Below are positions 47,476 to 55,144 of a stretch of 64,000 bases of DNA, piece after piece. Under the pieces are notes generated by a model. It had not been told where the DNA came from. It did no database searches and saw only the letters and a list, made by a program, of their open reading frames with translations. Where the stretch lies: the NCBI GenBank assembly GCA_963702845.1, contig OY969763.1:390729-454728 (forward strand), read 5' to 3'. This stretch comes from an uncultured Verrucomicrobiae bacterium. GTDB lineage: Bacteria > Verrucomicrobiota > Verrucomicrobiia > Limisphaerales > Palsa-1400. The position numbers and the translations under genes are program-made. Every line of letters begins with the position of its first letter. Within the stretch, counting starts at the first letter, position 1.

Positions 47476-47889
47476 GTGACAAGAATTATTTTATACGTCG
47501 ACGATGATAAAAACGACGCGCTGTTTGTTGAGCGCGCAATTAAGAAGGAGAAGCTCCCGGCCAAGCTGTTTACCGTGCGCGAGGTGTGCGACGCGGCGGA
47601 TTGGCTGACGGGCACCGGCAAGTTCGCCGATCCTGACAAGTATCCACGACCAGACGTTTTGATTGTGGATTTGCGCATGCCGCGGAGCAGTGGGTTTGAT
47701 TTGCTGGAGTTTGTCCACGCGCGGCGACCGTTGCAGAAGATACCGGTGATTGTGTATAGCGATTCGGACAATCCGGCAGATAAATTGCGGGCGTTTCAAC
47801 TCGGTGCGAACGCGTATGTGACCAAAGCGTGGGGCATGGAGGAGTTGATGAGCTATGTGCGATCGGCGGTGACGACTTTGCCAAAGTGA
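47476..47889 (+). CDS. Stand-alone response-regulator receiver protein (Rcp1/CheY-like)
   Basis: GTG start. ILYVDDDKND, LIVDLRMP, VIVYSDS and VTKA. Confidence 0.8.
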   Translation: MTRIILYVDDDKNDALFVERAIKKEKLPAKLFTVREVCDAADWLTGTGKFADPDKYPRPDVLIVDLRMPRSSGFDLLEFVHARRPLQKIPVIVYSDSDNPADKLRAFQLGANAYVTKAWGMEELMSYVRSAVTTLPK

Positions 47890-47993
47890 CGAACGCGCGA
47901 CGAACCGGCACAATGGGGTGCGGCAATATTAATACGGCTTCTACGTCGAAAAATTTCCTGTAACCTTCTCGCTCGAACGCCTCAGTAACAGGC

Positions 47994-50237
47994 ATGAGCG
48001 ATACGATGCGAATTTGTCCAAAGTGCGGCGTCCCCGTTTCACCGGAGGCGCCGCAGGGGTTATGTCCAAAATGCGTTTTGGAGCAGGTTGCAATGGGAAC
48101 GGAGGCGGGGCAGACGACGGAGCACAAACCTATGCCTCCGACGCTAGAGGAGTTGACGATAGCATTTCCACAATTGCAGATCATCGAATTGGTGGGGCAG
48201 GGCGGGATGGGGTTTGTGTTCAAGGCACGGCAGCCGAAGCTGGAACGTTTTGTGGCGTTGAAGATTTTGCCGCAGACGCTGGCGTTGGATCCAGCATTTG
48301 CGGAGCGCTTCCAACGGGAAGCGCGGGTTTTGGCAAAGCTGAACCATCCGAACATCGTCACGATTTTTGATTTCGGACAGGCGGGCGGGTTTTTTTATCT
48401 GCTGATGGAGTTCGTGGATGGCGTCAATCTCCGGCAGGCAATGAAGCTCGGTCGATTTACGGCGGCGCAGGCGCTGGATATTGTTCCGAAAATTTGTGAC
48501 GCACTCCACTTCGCGCACAACGAGGGGATTCTGCATCGCGATATCAAGCCGGAGAATATTTTGCTGGATTCGCGCGGGCGGGTGAAGATTGCGGATTTTG
48601 GGATTGCGAAGATTTTGGGCGCTGAAGCGGCAGCGGAAACGAAAGTAACTGCGCCACAGCAGGAGCACGTCACGGGCATTGTCGGGACGCCGAACTACAT
48701 GGCGCCCGAACAACGGGAACATCCAAGCGATGTCGACCAACGCGCAGACATTTATTCGTTGGGTGTGGTGTTTTACGAAATGTTGACGGGCGAGTTGCCC
48801 GTCGGAGTTTTCGCGCGCCCATCGCAAAAATCGCCGGTTGATCCTCGTGTTGATGAAATTGTATTGCGGACGTTGGAGAAAGAACGGGAGCGCCGACAGC
48901 AGAGCGCGGATGAGGTGAAGACGCAGGTGGAGACGATTGTCGAAACACCGCAGGCGCAATCGCCCCAATCCTTTTGGAAAAACGGCCACTACAATTACCG
49001 TTCAAAACAGACGTTTCTGGGATTGCCGTTGGTGCATGTCGCATGGGGAATAAATCCAGAAACCAGACGACTACACCTCGCAAAGGGAATTGTTGCAGTT
49101 GGTCCGAGAGCGATTGGTTTAGTGGCGGTTGGCATTGAATCGTATGGTCTTTTTCCCGCAGGCGTTTTGGCCGTCGGTATAAGCCCGGTTGGGCTGTTTG
49201 CGCTTGGACTTGCTGCGGTTGGTTTGTTTTCAGTGGGGATGACCGCAACAGGTCTGGCGACGCTAGGACATTGGGCGACTGGGTTGATTAGATTTCATTC
49301 GGTGCTGTTGTTGTTGCTGGCTGTTGCAGGCGCGTTCGGTCTGAGCAGATTGATTGGATCAATTCTCACGGATGCTTTTCGCGCGGCGAATGGAGGAGGT
49401 TCTGGCGGAACTGGCGTACCGCCGGTTATGAGCAGCGCGACACCGACGCCGCCGGATCGTTTCTGGAAACGATTTGCAGTTGTCGTGCTCCTGTTAATTA
49501 CGATTCCGATTGCGATTGCGATCATCGGGCTTCTCGCGGCAATTGCTATTCCGAATTTTGTGAGGGCGCGCGAACACGCGCAACAGTTGCGGCAATTGCA
49601 GCAGCAAACACGCGAGCCAGCGGCGCTGTTCAGTCCAGTAATCGATCCGAGCCTCGGCGATTCCGGCTATGAACTGATCAGCACACTCGTAAAGCCGGGA
49701 TATGCGGCCGTGGCGAAATTTCAGCTCATCGACGAACGGCATTCCGACGTAAAAACAATCCCAGAGTTAAATTTCTATCTCGGAGCGCCGGCGACCAGCT
49801 CCAATGTGTCGCTGATCACAACGTGGCGCGTCGAACCTCTTACCTCCGAATCAGGCGCATGGACCATAAACGTTGAAGGCAAGCAGGTCGCGCTACGGCA
49901 GCATCAACAGGCAACGCTGGAACTCGGCAAATTGCTACCCACCGATGCGAAGATTACATTGTGGCGCGCGGTTAAACCCGCCCGCTCGTTTTGGGTCGGG
50001 CCGGGCGAATGGTCTGAAAACCAATGGTCCAGCATCCCGCTTTTTGTCGGTTTGGACGAGCAGAACAAAGTTGTTATTCGGGCCAATATCAAGCTATTCG
50101 TCTGCCCATTGCCCGCCGAGTCAGTCCGCGACTGGGCTTCGCCGGTTTGGCAACTCGGCGATTGGGAGCAAAACAACGTGATCAAGAACGCTCTTGCACA
50201 CTCACAAAAAATCGAGCAACCACATCTGAATAATTGA
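47994..50237 (+). CDS. Ser/Thr protein kinase with N-terminal zinc-ribbon-like CxxC pairs, Gly-zipper membrane region, an embedded pilin-like helix and a C-terminal extracytoplasmic domain
   Basis: CPKCG...CPKCV. Kinase motifs GQGGMGFV, VALKIL, HRDIKPENIL, DFG and GTPNYMAPE. Repeats of the type GLVAVG / GLFALG / GLFSVG. IAIIGLLAAIAIPNFVRAR at about 49470-49572. Confidence 0.88.
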   Translation: MSDTMRICPKCGVPVSPEAPQGLCPKCVLEQVAMGTEAGQTTEHKPMPPTLEELTIAFPQLQIIELVGQGGMGFVFKARQPKLERFVALKILPQTLALDPAFAERFQREARVLAKLNHPNIVTIFDFGQAGGFFYLLMEFVDGVNLRQAMKLGRFTAAQALDIVPKICDALHFAHNEGILHRDIKPENILLDSRGRVKIADFGIAKILGAEAAAETKVTAPQQEHVTGIVGTPNYMAPEQREHPSDVDQRADIYSLGVVFYEMLTGELPVGVFARPSQKSPVDPRVDEIVLRTLEKERERRQQSADEVKTQVETIVETPQAQSPQSFWKNGHYNYRSKQTFLGLPLVHVAWGINPETRRLHLAKGIVAVGPRAIGLVAVGIESYGLFPAGVLAVGISPVGLFALGLAAVGLFSVGMTATGLATLGHWATGLIRFHSVLLLLLAVAGAFGLSRLIGSILTDAFRAANGGGSGGTGVPPVMSSATPTPPDRFWKRFAVVVLLLITIPIAIAIIGLLAAIAIPNFVRAREHAQQLRQLQQQTREPAALFSPVIDPSLGDSGYELISTLVKPGYAAVAKFQLIDERHSDVKTIPELNFYLGAPATSSNVSLITTWRVEPLTSESGAWTINVEGKQVALRQHQQATLELGKLLPTDAKITLWRAVKPARSFWVGPGEWSENQWSSIPLFVGLDEQNKVVIRANIKLFVCPLPAESVRDWASPVWQLGDWEQNNVIKNALAHSQKIEQPHLNN

Positions 50238-50980
50238 CACTATCAAAACCATCCTCTTTCGCCGACGCCTCAAGCGCCTTCGTGACGACGCACTGGACGC
50301 GGGTATTGCAGGCGCAGGGGAATTCGATGGATGCGAAGGCGGCTTTGAGCGACTTGTGCGCGGGATATTATGCGCCGGTGTTTGCGTTTGTTCGGCGCTG
50401 GACGAACGACGAAGAAGCAGCACGTGATTTGACGCAGGAATTTTTTGCGCGGTTGCTGGCGAAGAACGGCATTGATAACGCGGATCGGCAACGTGGGCGG
50501 TTTCGGTCGTATCTGCTGGGCGCGGTAAAACACTTTCTTTCAGACGCTCGTGACCGTGATAAACGACTCAAACGCGGTGGCGGGCAGCAGATACAATCGC
50601 TCAGCGCGTCGACGGAGACATCAACGTCGGTGCAATTGCCGGACCCGAATGCCGTTAGTCCTGACCATGAGTTTGATCGCAAATGGGCGCTGACGATTTT
50701 AGAGCGGGCGTTGCGATTGCTCGAACAGGAACACAATTCGAATGAGAAGGTGTTTGACGTGTTGAAACCGTGGTTGACTGGAGATACGGAGAATTTGAGC
50801 CAGGCGGATGCGGCGCGAGAATTGGGAATGAATGAAGCAGCCGTGAAGGTGGCGATTCATCGGCTGCGGCGACGTTTTCGAGAGATTATCAAAAAGGAGG
50901 TTGGAGATACGTTAAATGATCCGGCGCAGGTAGAGCAGGAGTTGCAACATTTAATCAGTGCGTTGGGGGCGGGGCGTTAA
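50234..50980 (+). CDS. ECF-type sigma-70 family factor (STK-associated, ECF43-like)
   Basis: TTG start overlaps the kinase stop by 4 nt. N-terminal THWTRVL motif, region 2 DLTQEFFARLL, and region 4 HTH SQADAARELGMNEAAVKVAIHRLRRRF. Confidence 0.8.
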   Translation: MTLSKPSSFADASSAFVTTHWTRVLQAQGNSMDAKAALSDLCAGYYAPVFAFVRRWTNDEEAARDLTQEFFARLLAKNGIDNADRQRGRFRSYLLGAVKHFLSDARDRDKRLKRGGGQQIQSLSASTETSTSVQLPDPNAVSPDHEFDRKWALTILERALRLLEQEHNSNEKVFDVLKPWLTGDTENLSQADAARELGMNEAAVKVAIHRLRRRFREIIKKEVGDTLNDPAQVEQELQHLISALGAGR

Positions 50981-51186
50981 GGCTGAAACGGAAAACAGAT
51001 GGCGGTAATGAGCATGTTTTCGTAGCGCTGCCACAGTTCATCGGCGGGGAGTGCGCTGGCTGACGCGTCGAATTCGACGGTGACGATGGGAAGGTGTAAG
51101 GTCTCGCCTGCGTAGGAGCCGAGGGAACCATCGAGGGCTCCGACTTTACTCACCTTCAGGTCGCATGTGGCGGATATCGCTTCAGC
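50977..51186 (-). pseudogene. C-terminal fragment of an M14 zinc carboxypeptidase (MpaA-like murein peptide amidase) gene disrupted by IS insertion
   Basis: ...AEAISATCDLKVSKVGALDGSLGSYAGETLHLPIVTVEFDA... matches the MpaA C-terminal pattern (GSxGSW...ITxEFP). It continues the N-terminal fragment at 52841-53398. Confidence 0.7.
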
Positions 51187-52840
51187 CCCTATGAGGTTTG
51201 TCAATACGTAGTGTGCGTCGATGATATTTTTTTGAGTTGATCGCGCGGAGCGTAGTGGAACGGAGCGCAGTCGCGAGCGGTAGCGGTTGGACACTGTTCC
51301 ATCGGCACGTGTCGTTCTTGGCGCGGCTTTGTTTATCTGTTCCTCTTCAAAGTTCCTTTCTTATTTTCTCTCAAAGCAGATTTCGTGAGGTTTGCTAAAT
51401 CGGTGTCGCCGCGTTTTGTGTGTCGGGAGATTGTCCCGCACCAGCTCCTATCCGGACAGTTGAGATAAGACTCAACGCCCACTGTGTCTTACTTGCCTGA
51501 CTGCGGCGACCGGGGAGTCCGCCCCTTCTAACGGACGGATGAACGCAAGGTTCACCAGCTGCAGCTACGGACTGGACTCGCCCGATCGCAAATTGTTTCA
51601 CGCTCTTAACTCTGGAGGTTCTGGTCACTAAAAAATTTAATGTGGTTCACACTCCGATCCAGCCGAGGTCTGCCATGGTGCAACGGCCGGTTCTCCAGCG
51701 CCACAGGTCCACGGCCAGTTGCCGGGCCAGGGCGATGACGGTTTTCTTCTTCATGGCCGTGCCGGCGGCGAGTTTGGTTTTCATTTTAGCGGCGGCCTTC
51801 CAGTGCGGTTGCCACATCAGAAAGCGCCAGACCGCTTCCACCAGGATCGCTCTGACTCGTCCGTTGCCCATGCGATCGATGCTGCCGACGCGCCGTTTGC
51901 CGCCCGAACTGTGTTCGCCCGGGCAACAGCCGGTGTAGCTGCCGATCTGTTTGCGATTGTGAAAGCGCTGCCAGTCGCACACCTCGCCTTCCAGTGTCAC
52001 AAGAGTGATCTCGCCAAGGCCCTTGGGCCGTGGTTGTTCTTTGACGCGCGCGATTAGTTCCTCTTCCAGTTCCTGCCGTTGTGCCTCCATGGCGACGAGG
52101 ACCTCGCGGAGCTTTTCGAGAACACCGAGCAGCCATGGATCGAGCGTGGAAAGTTTTTTCCAGTTGCGCGCTCCCCACCAGCGATGGGGCAGTTTGACGT
52201 GGCTGTATTCGGCGGCTTGCCCGTGCCCGCGATTGGCGAGCATGCGAATGGCTTTGTTGAGGAACTGTCTTCGTCGCGTGCCTTCGCGCTGGCGCTGCTC
52301 TTTGTCCGAAGGAATGCGGATGGGCGCGAGTTCGTTGATGTTGCCATCGACCCAGCGGGACAGGCGCAGGCAAAGGGCGCGCGCATCCAGCTTGTCGGTC
52401 TTGCGCTGGCCGTTTAGGGCAATCGGCGTGATCAGAAAACTTTGCGCACCGGCGGCGACCAGTTCGCGATGGAGCACGAAGCCGAACCCACAACTTTCCT
52501 GCACGCAGAAAACTTGCAGGCCTTCGCCGGTCCACTTCTGAACCTGGGCGATGAGTTGCTCACGGCTGAATTTGCGCGGCGCTTGGGGTGAAGCGTGATC
52601 GCGTTGGGCTACCGCCATGATGAACTCCAGATGCACGTCCAGGCCAAGCTTGAGGGCGGGTTTGCCGGCAAGCAGCACAGGACGTGGCAAAGGCTGGCGC
52701 GGCGGCACGTTTGCCAGCTTGCCCGCGGCAGGCACGATGGTTAGGGTTGGGACTGTCATGTGGGGTTTGAGTAAATATGTTTTCATTTTCAAAAACATCG
52801 TGACCCCGTGTGGGGCTGCGACTCAACCCTTCATGACATC
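51187..52840 (-). mobile_element. IS110-family insertion sequence (about 1.65 kb) with a short 5' arm and a long (about 460 nt) 3' non-coding arm; boundaries +/- a few bp
   Basis: The element sits exactly between the two halves of the M14 peptidase reading frame (...DHAKAL | IS | AEAISATC...). It carries a DEDD/IS110-type transposase. No obvious terminal inverted repeats, as is usual for the family. Confidence 0.8.
51647..52759 (-). CDS. IS110-family transposase (DEDD RuvC-like N-domain + Transposase_20 C-domain)
   Basis: LGLDVH opening and KTDKLDARAL. C-terminal GLGEITLVTLEGEVCDWQRFHNRKQIGSYTGCCPGEHSSGGKRRVGSIDRMGNGRVRAILVEAVW. The ORF is open to 52798; the start is uncertain (52798 or 52759). 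Confidence 0.88.
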   Translation of the reverse strand: MTVPTLTIVPAAGKLANVPPRQPLPRPVLLAGKPALKLGLDVHLEFIMAVAQRDHASPQAPRKFSREQLIAQVQKWTGEGLQVFCVQESCGFGFVLHRELVAAGAQSFLITPIALNGQRKTDKLDARALCLRLSRWVDGNINELAPIRIPSDKEQRQREGTRRRQFLNKAIRMLANRGHGQAAEYSHVKLPHRWWGARNWKKLSTLDPWLLGVLEKLREVLVAMEAQRQELEEELIARVKEQPRPKGLGEITLVTLEGEVCDWQRFHNRKQIGSYTGCCPGEHSSGGKRRVGSIDRMGNGRVRAILVEAVWRFLMWQPHWKAAAKMKTKLAAGTAMKKKTVIALARQLAVDLWRWRTGRCTMADLGWIGV

Positions 52841-53398
52841 TAATGCTTTGGCGTGGTCTGGGCCATCGTAATCGATGCAGGTGAGCGGTTGGTGCAACGA
52901 GATGATTCGGGTCGGCTTGTATTTGGCGATTAACGCGTATAAGGCGCGGCTTTCCGGTTCGGAAAGAGGTTTTGCACCATGGTCGGTTTGCTGATTCCAA
53001 TTCTTTGCAGGGAAATTGCGATTTAGGTCGATGCCGCGAATGTTGCGGCGTTGTTGATGAAACGCACCGTCGGGATTTGCTTCCGGCACGAGCAGGACGC
53101 GACGGTCTGTCAGGGTCGCTGGATGATCGCGCAGGAATTCGCCGAGGCGCTGCAGGAGTGGCGTGCCGACGTGTTCATTGCCGTGAATGCTGGCAAGGAT
53201 CAGCACGGTCTCGGAAGTCTTTTTACTTTTGCCGAAGATATCGCACCCGATTGGCCGGCCTTCGACTGACTTGCCGATGACAATGTACTTCGAGGATGGG
53301 GTGATGTCATTGGCAGGACTCTCGCATCCGGAAAGATATGCCGATGCTACGACCAGTCCGAGGGATGCCAACTTTCGGTTTGCAGTTTTATTTTTCAA
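52841..53398 (-). pseudogene. N-terminal fragment of the IS-disrupted M14 zinc carboxypeptidase (MpaA-like) lipoprotein gene
   Basis: Lipobox AYLSGC. Zinc motif HGNEHVG, plus NRNFP. The peptidase sequence ends at ...IDYDGPDHAKAL, after which 5 IS-derived codons run to a stop at 52823. Confidence 0.75.
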
Positions 53399-53409
53399 CC
53401 CAGGCTTAT

Positions 53410-54813
53410 TTACACGACGCGCATTTGGACGGCGTCGACGATTTGTTCGCCGGACATCAATGAGCCGATGACGACGATGGTCTGACCTTTTTGCAGATTG
53501 CCTTTTTGCATCAGGTTGGCGATGGCGGATTCGATCGTGTTTTCGGGATTGATCATGTCGAAGGGGACGACAAAGGGTTGACGCCCCAGCTTAACGTCAG
53601 TGCGCCAGCGACTTCGTTGGTCGCGCACATAGCGTAGACGGGGAGAAATGCGGGCGCAGCCAACCGGCATAACGCGCCATGTGGCCGTGCCGAGTGAAGA
53701 CGAGGATTGCAGCGGCTTTGAGTTCGTTGGCCATGACAATGGCGCTTTTCACGAGTTTTTGACGCGGCAAAATAGTTTCGGCGTGATCAAGGACGTGGAC
53801 ATCGTTGTTTTCTTCGATGCGCGTGGCGATGCGGTCAAAGACTTCGACACATTTCAGCGGATATTTGCCCACAGTCGTTTCGCCGCTGAGCATGATGGCG
53901 TCGGCTTGTTCGAAGACGGCATGTGCGATGTCGGTGACTTCGGCGCGCGTGGCCATGGGCGAGTTGATCATGCTTTCAAGCATGTGCGTGGCGACGATGA
54001 CTGGTTTGCCGACTCGCAGACAAGTTTTGACGATGCGGCGTTGGACGATCGGAAGTTCTTCGTAAGGAATTTCGATGCCAAGATCGCCGCGCGCGACCAT
54101 GATGCCATCGGCTTCGTCGGACGATTGAGCTCGAGGTTGTTGATGGCTTGTTGGTCTTCAATTTTGGCGATGACGAACGGTTGGTGCGGGTTGTTTTCGA
54201 AAAGTTCGCGGAGTTGGAACAGGTCGCGAGCTTCGCGGACGAACGACAGGGCAATGAAATCGACGCCGATTTCCAAACCCATTTTGACGTCCGCAATGTC
54301 TTTTGCAGTGAGGGCGGGCAAGCTGACTTTGACGCCGGGAAGATTGATGTGGCGACGGCTGCCGAGTTTTCCTGGGGTGAGGACTTCGCATTCGACTTTG
54401 TTGGCGGTCTTGGACAAGACCTTCATTTCGATGTTACCGTTATCGAGTAGAACGATATCGCCGACGTTGATGTCGTTGACAAAGTTGGCGTAATTGACGT
54501 CGACGGAATGTTCCTCTTCGCGTTTTTCGCCACGGACGGTCAGAGTGAATTTTTGGCCGGGTTTGAGATCCAGCGGAACGCTCAAATCGCCGGTGCGAAT
54601 GGCAGGTCCCTGCGTGTCCATCATGATGCCGATAAAAACATTTCGAGCCGCGGCTGCGGAACGGATGTCTTTGATGACGCGACGGACCCAATCATGGGGC
54701 GCGTGCGACATGTTGAGGCGAAAGACATTGACGCCGGCCTCAATAAGTTTGCCGAGCATTTCCGGGGAATCCGTTGCGGGTCCAAGAGTGGCGATGATTT
54801 TCGTGTGGCGCAT
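53410..54813 (-). pseudogene. pyk: Pyruvate kinase with at least 3 frameshifts (net 0; first and last segments are in the same frame)
   Basis: MRHTKIIATLGPAT...FRLNMSH...AKIEDQQAINNLE | SDEADGIMVARGDLGIEIPYEELP...MLSGETTVGKYP...FTRHGHMARYAGWLRP | PVYAMCATNEVAGALTLSWGVNP | FVVPFDMINPE...VQMRVV*. Frame changes lie near 54120, 53655 and 53578. Confidence 0.8.
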
Positions 54814-54921
54814 TTTTACAATATCGCCGGAAGTTAAACATGCGCAGGGCAAATCACCAAACGGTTTTGTTGGAGAAGCACGCGGGCTGGCGGTTGAAGA
54901 CGATTTGCTGCAGAGGAAAAG

Positions 54922-55006
54922 TGGTGCGCTTAGCAGGACTTGAACCTGCACGGATTGCTCCACTACCACCTCAAAGTAGCGTGTCTGCCAATTCCACCAT
55001 AAGCGC
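54922..55006 (-). tRNA. tRNA-Leu (anticodon GAG), class II with long variable arm, CCA encoded
   Basis: Hand-folded sequence: GCGCTTA-TG-GTGGAATTGGCAGACAC-G-CTACT-TTGAGGT-GGTAG-TGGAGCAATCCGT-GCAGGTTCAAGTCCTGC-TAAGCGC-ACCA. The 7-bp acceptor stem is perfect, the T-loop is GGTTCAAGTCC, and the anticodon loop is UU-GAG-GU. Confidence 0.9.
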
Positions 55007-55144
55007 AACCAGCCGGAATGTCCGGCTCGCACTAATGAAGCAGGTCGGAGTCTGATTCGCAAGTCGAATTAGGTGTGCCGGTTAGTTGCGCATCCCTGTA
55101 ACTAAACCGCTCAATGCGGCAGTCGCGGAGCGACGCTCCTACCT

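Noticed and set aside
51187-51215. TTGACA near the 3' end of the IS, considered as half of a circle-junction promoter.
   Set aside because: When the two IS ends are joined in silico, no acceptable -10 hexamer falls 16-18 nt downstream of the TTGACA. The exact element ends are also uncertain by a few bp.
53968-55062. 364-aa ORF suggesting that pyruvate kinase starts at 55062.
   Set aside because: The N-terminal 83 codons run straight through the tRNA-Leu gene (54922-55006). The canonical MRHTKIIATLGPAT start is the ATG at 54813.
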